From Alphaproteobacteria bacterium (GTDB lineage Bacteria; Pseudomonadota; Alphaproteobacteria; UBA2966), in contig CAXXKS010000001.1 in the NCBI GenBank assembly GCA_963663355.2, positions 2,232,545 through 2,296,544 of the forward strand: 64,000 bases of DNA. The letters are read 5' to 3'. Shown piece by piece: positions 17,864 to 26,781 of this stretch (position 1 is the stretch's first letter; every line of letters begins with the position of its first letter). Under the pieces are notes generated by a model that did no database searches, was not told the origin of the DNA, and saw only the letters and a list, made by a program, of their open reading frames with translations. The translations under genes and the position numbers were made by a program.

Positions 17864-20800
17864 CGCCGGGGCCGGACTCCATGCACTACGCCAGGCCCGA
17901 GGCCCTCGTCTCCACGGAATGGCTGGCCCAGCACCTGGACGATCCGGAGGTGGCGGTCATCGACGCCTCCTGGTATCTGCCCGCGCAGAACCGCGACGCC
18001 GACGCCGACTACCGCCGGGCGCACGTTCCGGGCGCCGTCCGCTTCGACATCGACGAGATCTGCGACCCCTCGGCGGGCGACCTGCCCCACATGATCCCGA
18101 GCGCCGGGGACTTCGCCGCCAGGGCCGGGGCCCTCGGCCTGGGAAACGGCTTCCGCGTCGTCGCCTACGACTCGGGGAGCATGATGGCGTCCTGCCGGGC
18201 GTGGTGGATGTTCCGGCTGTTCGGCCACGACGACGCGGCGGTGCTCTCGGGCGGATTCGCGAAATGGCGGCGGGAGAACCGGCCCGTCGAGTCCGGAGAG
18301 GCCGCCCCGGTGCGCCGCGCCTTCGGCGCCCGCTTCCGGCCGGAGCTGGTGCGCTCGCTGGACCGGATGCGGGACAACCTGCGGTCCGGGGCCGCGCAGG
18401 TGCTGGACGCCCGGTCGCGGGGGCGGTTCCACGCCACGGAGCCGGAGACCCGGCCGGGCCTGCGGGGCGGCCACATCCCGGGCAGCATCTGCCTCCCCTA
18501 CCCCGAGCTGACCGATCCCGAGACGGGCGAAATCCTCGAGGCCGGCAAGCTCAGGGCCGCCTTCGAGGACGGCGGGGTCGACCTGGACCGGCCCGTCGTC
18601 GCCACGTGCGGCTCGGGCGTCAGCGCCTGCGTGCTCGCGTTGGGGCTGCATCTGCTCGGCCACGAAGACGCCGCGGTGTACGACGGGTCCTGGACCGAGT
18701 GGGGCGGCCGCCCCGATACGCCCATCGAGACCTGACGGCGACGGCGCGGCGCCGCTTCGGCGACCTCGGCCCCCGGCCTCGCGGATGGCGCGCCAGACCC
18801 GCTGCGGCGTGGCCGGTCCGTCCAGGCGGGTCACGCCGAGGGGCGCCAGCGCACGAAGGACCGCGTTGACCACCGCCGGAAATGCGGCGACGGCGCCGGC
18901 CTCTCCCAAGCCCTTCACGCCGAGGGGATTGGTCGCGCACGGAACGCCCTGGAACGCGAGATCGAAGGACGGCAGGTCGTCGGCCCTCGGCAGCGCGTAG
19001 TCCATGAAGGACCCGGTCAGCAACTGGCCCGTGTCCGGATCGTAGACCGCGTGCTCCAGCAGCGCCTGGCCGACGCCCTGGGCGACCGCGCCGTGGACCT
19101 GCCCCGCCGCGATCGTGGGGTTGACGATGACGCCGAAGTCGTCGACGGCCACGTAGCGCAGCAGCGTCGCCGCGCCCGTATCGGGATCGACCTCGACTTC
19201 GGCGGCGTGGCAGCCGTTCGGGAACGTTCCGTGCTCGCGGGCGAACGAGTGACAGGCGTCGAGGCCCGGTTCCATGCCCGCGGGCAGGTTGGCGGGATCC
19301 CGGGCCAGCCGGGCGACCGCGAAGAGATCCACGGCGCGGTCCGTTCCCGCCACCCGGAACCGCCCGTCGGCGAACTCGACGTCCGCTTCCGCCGCTTCGA
19401 GGAACCGCGCGGCGATCGTCCGCCCCTTGGCGACGATCTTCCCGGCCGCGAAATGCATCGCCGTCCCCGCCATGAACGTCGCGCGGGAGCTGCCGTGTCC
19501 GCCGCCCTTCGCAATGAGGTCGGTGTCGCCCGCGAGGTACCGGACACGCGCGTTGGGCACCCCCAGCATCCCGGAAACGAGCTGCCGGAAGGTGGTCTCG
19601 TGCCCCTGGCCGATCGCCGTGGTCCCGGTGACCAGCGATATCCGGTCGTCGCCGTCGAAGCGAAGCTCCACGTTCTCCTCGGGAGGACCCATGGTGATCT
19701 TGATGTGGTGGACGATCCCGTAGCCGCGCAGGCGTCCCCGCGCTTCGGACCGTTTCCGCCGCGAGTCGAACCCGGCGACGTCCAGCCCGGCGGCCGCGGC
19801 CTCCTGGTTGGCCGGGAAGTCCCCGCTGTCGACGGTCGTGCCGTGCGCGTTGGTGAACGGCATGGCCGACCTACGCACCAGATTGCGGCGGCGCAATTCC
19901 GCGGGCGCGACGTCCATGTCCCGGGCCGCCCGGTCGATCGCGCGCTCCATGAGATAGACCGCCTCGGCGAACCCGGGACCCCGCGTGACGCCGACCGGCG
20001 CCGTGTTCGTGTGCACGGCCCGGAGGTGGACGTGAAAGGCGGGCAGCGCGTAGACGGTGCCCGTGAGGGCGACGTACTGCGCGCCGCCGACCGCCCCCAT
20101 GGCGCCGGTCAGGTAGGCGCCCAGGTTGGCGGATGCCGAGACGCGCAAGGCGAGGAACCGCCCCTCGGCGTCGAGCGCGAGTTCCCCGCGGCTGACGTGA
20201 TCGCGGGCGTGGTCGCCGCCGGCGAAGGTGTCGCCGCGGGTATCGATCCACTTGACGGGACGGCCCGTCTCGCGGGCCGCCCAAAGGGTCAGCGCGTATT
20301 CCGGACAGGGGAAATTCTTCGCCCCGAACCCGCCGCCCACGTCCGGCGCCATGAAGCGGACGCGTCCGGGCTCCACCCCCAGCGTCGCCGCGACGTTGTC
20401 GCGGACCAGGTGCAGTCCCTGGCAGGAAACGTGCAGCGTGTACCGCTTCGATTCCGCGTCGAACACGCCGACGGCGCCGCGCGGTTCCATGGGACTCGCG
20501 ACGACGCGGTGATTGACCGCGTCGACCCGCGCCACGTGCGCCGCGGCCTCGAACGCCGCGTCGACCGCGGCCCGGTCGCCGACGGACTCCTCGGCGCACA
20601 GGTTGCCGCCGGAGCCGCCGTTCGGCGGGCCCGCGGCGGCGGCGAGCGCGGCGGCAGGCGTCGCCGCCGCCGGCAGACTCTCGTAGGCGACCGCGATGCG
20701 CTCGCCGGCGTCGCGCGCCCGCTCGCGCGTCTCCCCCACCACGACCGCGACCGGCTCTCCCACGTGCCGCACGCGGTCCACCGCGAGGGGCAGGCGCGGC

Positions 20801-21096
20801 GGATACGCGAACGGCCTGTCCGTCAGGGGACTCCGCGACCGGTAGGGCGCGATCGGCCGAATCCCGGCGCCCGCCTGATCGGAGCCGGTCAGGACGGCCA
20901 GCACGCCGGGCGCCGCGCGGGCGCCCTCCGTCCCGATGTTCAGGATGCGGGCGTGGGCGTGGGGCGAGCGGAGCACGACGGCGTGCGCCATCCCGTCCAG
21001 AACCATGTCGTCGACGTAGACGCCGGCGCCGGTCAGGAACCGTTCGTCCTCGACGCGCTTGGGCGCCTCGCCGACGCCGGCGCGGCTTCCGTCCAT
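17497..21096 (-). CDS. xanthine dehydrogenase/CoxL-family molybdopterin-binding subunit, paralogue 1. The conserved domain ends near 18750, but no in-frame stop occurs until 17497.
   Basis: Embedded in ORF 17497..22587. GGGAGGAC Shine-Dalgarno before the ATG (complement of 21094-21096). Motifs RVEDERFLTG, APDVGGGFGAK, GQGHETT and NPLGVKGLGEAG. Checked codon by codon: there is no TTA/CTA/TCA triplet in frame between 18736 and 18800. Confidence 0.7.
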   Translation of the reverse strand: MDGSRAGVGEAPKRVEDERFLTGAGVYVDDMVLDGMAHAVVLRSPHAHARILNIGTEGARAAPGVLAVLTGSDQAGAGIRPIAPYRSRSPLTDRPFAYPPRLPLAVDRVRHVGEPVAVVVGETRERARDAGERIAVAYESLPAAATPAAALAAAAGPPNGGSGGNLCAEESVGDRAAVDAAFEAAAHVARVDAVNHRVVASPMEPRGAVGVFDAESKRYTLHVSCQGLHLVRDNVAATLGVEPGRVRFMAPDVGGGFGAKNFPCPEYALTLWAARETGRPVKWIDTRGDTFAGGDHARDHVSRGELALDAEGRFLALRVSASANLGAYLTGAMGAVGGAQYVALTGTVYALPAFHVHLRAVHTNTAPVGVTRGPGFAEAVYLMERAIDRAARDMDVAPAELRRRNLVRRSAMPFTNAHGTTVDSGDFPANQEAAAAGLDVAGFDSRRKRSEARGRLRGYGIVHHIKITMGPPEENVELRFDGDDRISLVTGTTAIGQGHETTFRQLVSGMLGVPNARVRYLAGDTDLIAKGGGHGSSRATFMAGTAMHFAAGKIVAKGRTIAARFLEAAEADVEFADGRFRVAGTDRAVDLFAVARLARDPANLPAGMEPGLDACHSFAREHGTFPNGCHAAEVEVDPDTGAATLLRYVAVDDFGVIVNPTIAAGQVHGAVAQGVGQALLEHAVYDPDTGQLLTGSFMDYALPRADDLPSFDLAFQGVPCATNPLGVKGLGEAGAVAAFPAVVNAVLRALAPLGVTRLDGPATPQRVWRAIREAGGRGRRSGAAPSPSGLDGRIGAAAPLGPGPVVHRGVFVAEQMQPQREHAGADARAARGDDGPVQVDPAVLEGGPELAGLEDFARLGIGQLGVGEADAARDVAAPQARPGLRLRGVEPPPRPGVQHLRGPGPQVVPHPVQRAHQLRPEAGAEGAAHRGGLSGLDGPVLPPPFRESAREHRRVVVAEQPEHPPRPAGRHHAPRVVGDDAEAVSQAEGPGPGGEVPGARDHVGQVARRGVADLVDVEADGARNVRPAVVGVGVAVLRGQIPGGVDDRHLRIVQVLGQPFRGDEGLGPGVVHGVRPRRQAKESETRRFRFPLLWILSTRTRPISPVRRTWVPPQGCRSWPSMRTRRTRPDPRGGLTAIVLTRSGRASSASSEIHSEPTGWSPSMRRLSSAAIRSLSRAASGTSKSSRPFPSPTWPPVTG
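17881..18735 (+). CDS. sseA: 3-mercaptopyruvate sulfurtransferase (tandem rhodanese)
   Basis: Part of ORF 17635..18735 from ATG 17881. YRRAHVPGAV, GHIPGS and active-site loop CGSGVSA. Confidence 0.85.
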   Translation: MHYARPEALVSTEWLAQHLDDPEVAVIDASWYLPAQNRDADADYRRAHVPGAVRFDIDEICDPSAGDLPHMIPSAGDFAARAGALGLGNGFRVVAYDSGSMMASCRAWWMFRLFGHDDAAVLSGGFAKWRRENRPVESGEAAPVRRAFGARFRPELVRSLDRMRDNLRSGAAQVLDARSRGRFHATEPETRPGLRGGHIPGSICLPYPELTDPETGEILEAGKLRAAFEDGGVDLDRPVVATCGSGVSACVLALGLHLLGHEDAAVYDGSWTEWGGRPDTPIET

Positions 21097-21183
21097 TCTT
21101 GTCCTCCCGTCCCTCCCGAACGATACTGCCGCCGGCGCGACGCATCCGGCACCCCGGCCGTGGCGCAGACGAGGTTCCCGCGA

Positions 21184-22527
21184 ATGGCCATCGACCGCCC
21201 CCCGAATATCATCTTCATGCATTCCCACAACACGGGGAGGTTCGTTCAGCCCTACGGCCACGCGGTGCCGACCCCCCGTCTGCAACGCCTGGCGGAAGAG
21301 GGCGTGCTGTTCCGGCAGGCGTTCTGCGCCGCGCCCACGTGCTCGCCCAGCCGCGCGAGCTTCCTTTCGGGCATGTTTCCCCACTCGTGCGGCATGTACG
21401 GACTCGGACACCGCGGCTTCAGGATGACCGACTTCCGGCATCACGTGGTGCGCACCCTCGGGCGCAACGGGTACCACACCGCGCTCGCGGGCGTGGAACA
21501 TACAGCGCCGGACCCGACCGCCGCCGGCTACGCCGAGCTGCTCTCCACCGAGGACACCAACTATCCGGAGTTGGCGGATACGCGGGACCCCGTGGAGGCC
21601 ACCGTCGAGTTCCTGGCCCGGGACCATGCGCGGCCGTTCTTCGTCTCCTTCGGCCTGAACGCCACCCACCGTCCGTTCCCGCCGCCCGACCCGGCCAACC
21701 ATCCGGCCGAGGACGAACGCTACTGCGCGCCGCCCCCGCCCTTGCCCGACGTCCCGGAGATCCGGACCGACATGGCCGGATTCAAGGCGTCCGCCCGCGA
21801 GATGGACGCCTCCTACGGCGCGGTGATCGACGCGCTCGACGCGAACGGCCTGGCCGAACGGACCCTGGTGTGCTGCTTCACCGATCACGGGCTGCAGTTT
21901 CCGCGCCACATGAGCAACCTCGAGGACCCGGGCATCGCGGTCTATCTGATCGTCCGGGGACCGGGCGGCTTCACCGGCGGACAGGTCGTGGACGCGATGG
22001 TCGGCCTGACGGATCTGGTGCCGACGGCCTACGATCTCGCGGGCATCGAGCGGCCGGCGTTCGTGGAGGGCGTGTCGCTGCGCCCTCTGGTCGCGGGCGA
22101 GCGGGACAGCGTGCACGACACCGTCTTCGCGGAGAGCAACTACCACGCGGCTTACGAACCCATGAGGTGCGCCCGCACCAGGCGCTACAAGTACATCCGC
22201 CGCTACGACGGCCGGGACCGGCCGAACCTGCCCAACGTCGACGACACCGACAGCAAGGCGTTTCTGCTGGAACAGGGCTGGCGGGATCGGGCCCGCGACC
22301 CGGAAGCGCTCTACGACCTGGTCTTCGACCCGTACGAGACCGACAACCTGTTCGGCCGTCCCGCGATGCGGGAGGTGACGGCGGATCTGCGCGGGCGCCT
22401 CGAGACCTGGATGCGGGACACCGGCGACCCGCTGCTCGAGGGCGGCACGGTACCGGCGCCCCGTGGCGCGGTGGCCAACGATCCGGAGGGCGAATCGCCC
22501 AACGAACCGGCCATGACGATCGTCTGA
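21184..22527 (+). CDS. Cys-type (formylglycine-dependent) sulfatase
   Basis: C-terminal part of ORF 19051..22527 from ATG 21184. PNIIFMHSHNTG and the signature CAAPTCSPSRASFLSG (C-x-P-x-R). Confidence 0.85.
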   Translation: MAIDRPPNIIFMHSHNTGRFVQPYGHAVPTPRLQRLAEEGVLFRQAFCAAPTCSPSRASFLSGMFPHSCGMYGLGHRGFRMTDFRHHVVRTLGRNGYHTALAGVEHTAPDPTAAGYAELLSTEDTNYPELADTRDPVEATVEFLARDHARPFFVSFGLNATHRPFPPPDPANHPAEDERYCAPPPPLPDVPEIRTDMAGFKASAREMDASYGAVIDALDANGLAERTLVCCFTDHGLQFPRHMSNLEDPGIAVYLIVRGPGGFTGGQVVDAMVGLTDLVPTAYDLAGIERPAFVEGVSLRPLVAGERDSVHDTVFAESNYHAAYEPMRCARTRRYKYIRRYDGRDRPNLPNVDDTDSKAFLLEQGWRDRARDPEALYDLVFDPYETDNLFGRPAMREVTADLRGRLETWMRDTGDPLLEGGTVPAPRGAVANDPEGESPNEPAMTIV

Positions 22528-22585
22528 CACGGAACCTCGACACGGGACGCCGGATGACGCGCCGTCCGACGAAAGAATCTCCGCC

Positions 22586-23680
22586 ATGATTCGCGTGGCC
22601 TCCGTCGGCTACGGCGACATCGCCCGCCGGCGCCACTTTCCCGAACTCCTGGACTTGCGCGGCCGCGCCGAGCTGGTCGCCATCGCCGGCCGGGACGAGT
22701 CCTCGCTCGAGGCCTGCGCCCGCGAGCTCGGCATCCCGGACCGGTACACGGCGGCAGACGAGATGCTGGCGCGCGACGACGTCGACGCCGTCCTGATCCT
22801 GACGCCGCCGGACAGTCACGGCCCGTTCGCGCGCAAGGCGATCGAGGCCGGCAAGCACGTCCTGCTGGAAAAGCCGCTCGTCACGTCGTTGGAGGAAGCG
22901 GCCGACCTCCTCCGGGCCCTCGAAATCCAGCAGCGGAGGAAGCCGATCACGTTCCTTCCCCTGCCCCATGTGGAATCGCCCGAGCACAGGGCCGTCGCCC
23001 GCCTGATCGCGGCCGGCGCGATCGGCGATGCGACCGGCGTCGAATGCCATCGCGGCCATCGGGGACCCACCCACGCCGACTGGTTCTATCGGAAGGAACG
23101 CGCCGGCGGCGGGGTGCTCTTCGACCTCGGCATCTACCAGGTCAGCGCCGCGGTCTCGCTGTTCGGCCCCGCCCGGACGGTGACGGCACTGTGCGGGCGC
23201 CGCTACGAGACGCGGACGATGGACGACGGCTCGACGATCGTACCGGACGTCGAGGACAGCGCGCTCGTGAGCCTGCAGCTCGAGAACGGCATGGCCGCGT
23301 CCGTCAACGCCAACTGGAACGGGTACGTCACCCACCATGCCACGCGGCGGCGGGTCACCGTGATCGGGCGCGAAGGCAGCCTGCATTTCGGCGTCGACGA
23401 CGGCGGCATCTACATCCACCGGTCCGACGGCGACTACGGCATCGTCGGAGGCCCGTCGGAAGAGGCCCGATTCGACGGATACGCCTGCCGCCGGCTCGTG
23501 CCCCGCGGCGGCGCGCCGCCGCCGACCGCGGTCGGCGACTTCGTGAATCTGATCGAGGCGGGAGAGGCGTCGACGCGCGCCCTGGAGATGCAGGTGCACG
23601 TCATGGAGATCGTCTTCGAGGCCTACCGGGCGAGCGACGCCAACGGGGCACGACCGCTCACGACGCGATTCTCATTCTGA
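22586..23680 (+). CDS. Gfo/Idh/MocA-family NAD(P) oxidoreductase
   Basis: N-terminal Rossmann fold IRVASVGYGDIARRRH and the EKP motif (VLLEKPL). Confidence 0.85.
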   Translation: MIRVASVGYGDIARRRHFPELLDLRGRAELVAIAGRDESSLEACARELGIPDRYTAADEMLARDDVDAVLILTPPDSHGPFARKAIEAGKHVLLEKPLVTSLEEAADLLRALEIQQRRKPITFLPLPHVESPEHRAVARLIAAGAIGDATGVECHRGHRGPTHADWFYRKERAGGGVLFDLGIYQVSAAVSLFGPARTVTALCGRRYETRTMDDGSTIVPDVEDSALVSLQLENGMAASVNANWNGYVTHHATRRRVTVIGREGSLHFGVDDGGIYIHRSDGDYGIVGGPSEEARFDGYACRRLVPRGGAPPPTAVGDFVNLIEAGEASTRALEMQVHVMEIVFEAYRASDANGARPLTTRFSF

Positions 23681-26029
23681 CGGCCGGACCTTCGGGAGCG
23701 GAGGATCGGCCGCCCCCGTCCTCAGGCACCGCCACACGGCCTCCGGCGTCGCCGGGCCCTCGAACCCGCCCGCGCTGCGGGGACCGAGGGCGTCGATCAC
23801 GGCGTTGACGACCGCCGGAAAGGCGCCGACGGCCCCGGCCTCGCCGCAGCCCTTCACGCCCAGGGGATTGGTCGCGCACGGCACCCCGTTGAAGGAGAGG
23901 TCGATGTCGGGCATCTCGTCGGCGCGGGGCACGGCGTAGTCCATGAACGTGGCCGTGAGCATCTGCCCGGTCCCGGGATCGAAGCGGATCCGCTCCATCA
24001 GGGCCTGGCCGATGCCCTGGGCAAGGCCGCCGTGCACCTGGCCCGACGCGATCGGCGGATTGATCAGCGTGCCGAAGTCGTCGACGACCGTGTAGCGGAC
24101 CAGCGACACGGCTCCGGTCTCGCGGTCGATCTCGGCCTCGCACACGTGGGCGCCGTTCGGAAAGGTGGACGCCTCGCGCCGATACTCGCGCCAGGTATCG
24201 AGGCCCGCCTCCATGCCCTCGGGACGCCGCCGCGGATCGCGGGCGATCCGGGCGGCCTCCAGGATACCGAGCGCCCGGTCGGTGCCGGCGACGACGAAGC
24301 GCCCCTGGGAGAACTCGATGTCCGCTTCCGCCGCCTCCAGGACGTGGGCGGCGACGGCGCGGCCCTTTTCGACGATGGAGTCCGCGGCGAAGTGGAGCGC
24401 CGAGCCTCCCATGTGGGTGGACCGGGACCCGCCGTGCCCGCCGCCCCTGGCGATGAGGTCGGTGTCCCCCTGTCCGAACGCGATGTTCTCGAACGGGATG
24501 CCCAGCCTGGCGGAGAGGATCTGCGGAAAGGTGGTCTCGTGGCCCTGGCCGTTCGACCGCGTCCCCGTGGCCAGGGCGACCCGGTCGCCGTCCTCGAACC
24601 TGATCTCGACGCACTCCTCCGGCGGCCCCATGGTCATTTCCATGTAGTAGGCGACGCCGAGGCCGCGAAGCCTACCGGCCGCCTCGCTCCCGGCGCGGCG
24701 CGCCGGAAACCCGCCGGCGTCGGCCCGGTCCAGCGCGCGGTCGAGGATGTCCGCGCAGGCCCCGGTGTCCACCGTGACGCCATGGACGTTCGTGGCCGGG
24801 GCGGCGTCCGTCCGCAGGAAATTCCGGCGCCGCAGCTTCCGCGCGTCGATCCCCGTCTCCCGCGCGGCGGCCGCGACGAGCCGTTCCATCACGTTCATGG
24901 ATTCGGCGTAGCCGACGCCGCGGTAGGCCCCCAGCGGCGTGGCGTTGGTGAAGACCGCCTTGACGTCGAGGTGAACCGCCGGGATGTCGTAGACGCCGCC
25001 CGTGAGCGAGCCGTAGGCGACGGTGTGGAGCAGCGCCGCGGTCGCCGTGACGTACGCACCGAGATTGCCGAGCGTGCGCACGCGCAGTCCCAGGAACCTG
25101 CCGTCGGCGGCGAGGCCGAGCTCGGCGCGGGTGACGTGGTCGCGGCCGTGGTCGTCGCTGAGGAACGATTCGGTGCGCTCGTTGATCCACTTCACCGGCC
25201 GGCCGAGGCGTCGCGCCGCCCACAGGACGAGCACGGTCTCCGGGTACAGGAAGTTCTTCATGCCGAAGCCGCCGCCCACGTCGGGCGCGACGACGCGGAT
25301 GTCCTCCGCCGGCACGCCGAGAGAGTCGGCGAGGATGCCGCGGGCGAGATGGACGTTCTGGCCCGAGGTGTAGAGCAGGTAGCGCCCCTCGTCCCCGTCC
25401 CAGGCGCCCAGGGACCCGCGCGGCTCGATGGGATTGGCGATCACCCGGTGGTTGACGAGATCGAGGCCGACGACGTGCTCCGCGGCCGCCAGGGCCGCGT
25501 CGGCCGCCGCCGCGTCCCCCGCCTCCCAGTCGTAGCAAAGGTTCTTCCGCGGGCTGTCCCATATGGCCGGGGCGTCGCCGGCCAGCGCCGTCTCGGCGTC
25601 GGTGACGGACGGCAGGGGCTCGTAGTCCACGGAGACGAGCTCGGCCGCATCGAGCGCCTGCTCCCTCGTCCCGGCGATCACGAACGCGACCCCGTCGCCC
25701 TGGCAGCGGACACGGCCGGACACCAGCACGCGGCGCGGCGGCACGAAGAAGGGCGTCCCGTCCTTGTTGGCGGTGTGCGCGTGGGGCCGCACCGGCAGCA
25801 GTCCGTCGGCCGCGGCGTCGGCACCGGTGAGCACCGCGGCGACGCCCGGCGCCGCCTCCGCCGCCGCGGTGTCGATGCCGTGGACGGCCGCGTGGGCGTG
25901 GGGCGACCGCAGGACGACGCCGTGGAGCATCCCGTCGAGGACGATGTCGTCGACGAACCGGCCGGTTCCGGTGAGGAAGCGCCGGTCCTCGGCCCGCCGT
26001 ACCGCCTGCCCGATACCGTAAACCGCCAC
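23672..26029 (-). CDS. xanthine dehydrogenase/CoxL-family molybdopterin-binding subunit, paralogue 2
   Basis: ORF 23672..26074. Same motif set as paralogue 1 (APDVGGGFGMK, GQGHETT, NPLGVKGCGEAG). I prefer the GTG start (complement of 26027-26029), which lies 7 nt after an AAAGGAG Shine-Dalgarno. Confidence 0.8.
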   Translation of the reverse strand: MAVYGIGQAVRRAEDRRFLTGTGRFVDDIVLDGMLHGVVLRSPHAHAAVHGIDTAAAEAAPGVAAVLTGADAAADGLLPVRPHAHTANKDGTPFFVPPRRVLVSGRVRCQGDGVAFVIAGTREQALDAAELVSVDYEPLPSVTDAETALAGDAPAIWDSPRKNLCYDWEAGDAAAADAALAAAEHVVGLDLVNHRVIANPIEPRGSLGAWDGDEGRYLLYTSGQNVHLARGILADSLGVPAEDIRVVAPDVGGGFGMKNFLYPETVLVLWAARRLGRPVKWINERTESFLSDDHGRDHVTRAELGLAADGRFLGLRVRTLGNLGAYVTATAALLHTVAYGSLTGGVYDIPAVHLDVKAVFTNATPLGAYRGVGYAESMNVMERLVAAAARETGIDARKLRRRNFLRTDAAPATNVHGVTVDTGACADILDRALDRADAGGFPARRAGSEAAGRLRGLGVAYYMEMTMGPPEECVEIRFEDGDRVALATGTRSNGQGHETTFPQILSARLGIPFENIAFGQGDTDLIARGGGHGGSRSTHMGGSALHFAADSIVEKGRAVAAHVLEAAEADIEFSQGRFVVAGTDRALGILEAARIARDPRRRPEGMEAGLDTWREYRREASTFPNGAHVCEAEIDRETGAVSLVRYTVVDDFGTLINPPIASGQVHGGLAQGIGQALMERIRFDPGTGQMLTATFMDYAVPRADEMPDIDLSFNGVPCATNPLGVKGCGEAGAVGAFPAVVNAVIDALGPRSAGGFEGPATPEAVWRCLRTGAADPPLPKVRPSE

Positions 26030-26221
26030 GGCCCCGCTCCTTTCAGTGCCTCGCGGGCATTCCGGGACCGGCATGAAAGCCCTTGGGAATGTCCCGGCGC
26101 CAGCCTATTGAAAGGTCATATCCACGGCCGTTCAAGACAAGCTTGGGCCGCCGCCGCTTCCTCCCCGCGCAAGGGAAGGCGCGCTTGCGTCCGGCCGCGC
26201 CGCGGGTCTAGGCTCCGCGGC

Positions 26222-26749
26222 ATGAGCGCTACGTCCTTCGACACGCTGGCCGCCGCCCGCAGCCTCGAAGCTGCGGGCTTCGCCCAGGAACAGGCCGAGG
26301 CGATCACCAACGCCGTGCGCGACGCCGTGACCGAAAGCGTCGCCACCAAGACCGACGTCGCCGAGGCGAAGGCCGGACTCACGGCCGACATCGCCGACGT
26401 AAAGGCGGAGATCGCCGAGGTAAGGGCTGAACTCAAGGCCGAGATCGCCGAGGTAAGGGCCGAGATCGCCGAGGTAAGGGCTGAACTCAAGGCCGAGATC
26501 GCCGAGGTAAGGGCCGAGATCGCCGAGGTAAGGGCTGAACTCAAGGCCGGGACCACCGACGTGAAGGCGGAAGTCGGCCGGCTGGATGCAAAGATCTCCG
26601 ACGTGAAGGCCGATGTCGTCGACCTGAAATCCGAACTCAAGGGGGACATCGCCAAGCTGAGCGCGCGGATCGACGCGCTCATGCTCCGCTTCGCCGTGTT
26701 CGGCATCGGTCTCGTCGGCGTCGCGGTCGCGGCGATCAAGCTGCTGTAA
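26222..26749 (+). CDS. DUF1640-type coiled-coil membrane-anchored protein
   Basis: Tail of ORF 24032..26749 from ATG 26222. N-terminal FDTLAAARSLEAAGFAQEQAEAIT, heptad-rich middle and C-terminal TM helix FAVFGIGLVGVAVAAIKLL. Confidence 0.75.
   Translation: MSATSFDTLAAARSLEAAGFAQEQAEAITNAVRDAVTESVATKTDVAEAKAGLTADIADVKAEIAEVRAELKAEIAEVRAEIAEVRAELKAEIAEVRAEIAEVRAELKAGTTDVKAEVGRLDAKISDVKADVVDLKSELKGDIAKLSARIDALMLRFAVFGIGLVGVAVAAIKLL
26408..26548 (+). repeat. perfect in-frame tandem repeat, 54-nt unit x about 2.6 (EIAEVRAELKAEIAEVRA)
   Basis: Units 26408-26461 and 26462-26515 are identical. A partial third unit spans 26516-26548. Confidence 0.95.
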
Positions 26750-26781
26750 GCGAGCCCGGACGCCGGGGAAAAACGTCTTCT

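Noticed and set aside
17497-22587. 1696-aa ORF, with similar giant ORFs at 30785..34324, 34916..38869, 3013..5370, 12829..15534 and 57903..60107
   Set aside because: These run antisense or out of frame to genes with clear family motifs. In very GC-rich DNA the codon-aligned antisense frame stays open because the TTA/CTA/TCA codons are rare. Their translations are Arg/Pro/Gly/Ala low-complexity. Only the embedded CoxL-like segment of 17497..22587 is real.
26408-26548. Possible CRISPR-like array
   Set aside because: The repeats are contiguous without spacers, are in frame, and lie inside a coding sequence (a coiled-coil tandem repeat).
26750-26781. Rho-independent terminator between the DUF1640 gene and the amidase (hairpin CCCGG-ACG-CCGGG)
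   Set aside because: The stem is only 5 bp, and no U-tract follows it on either strand.
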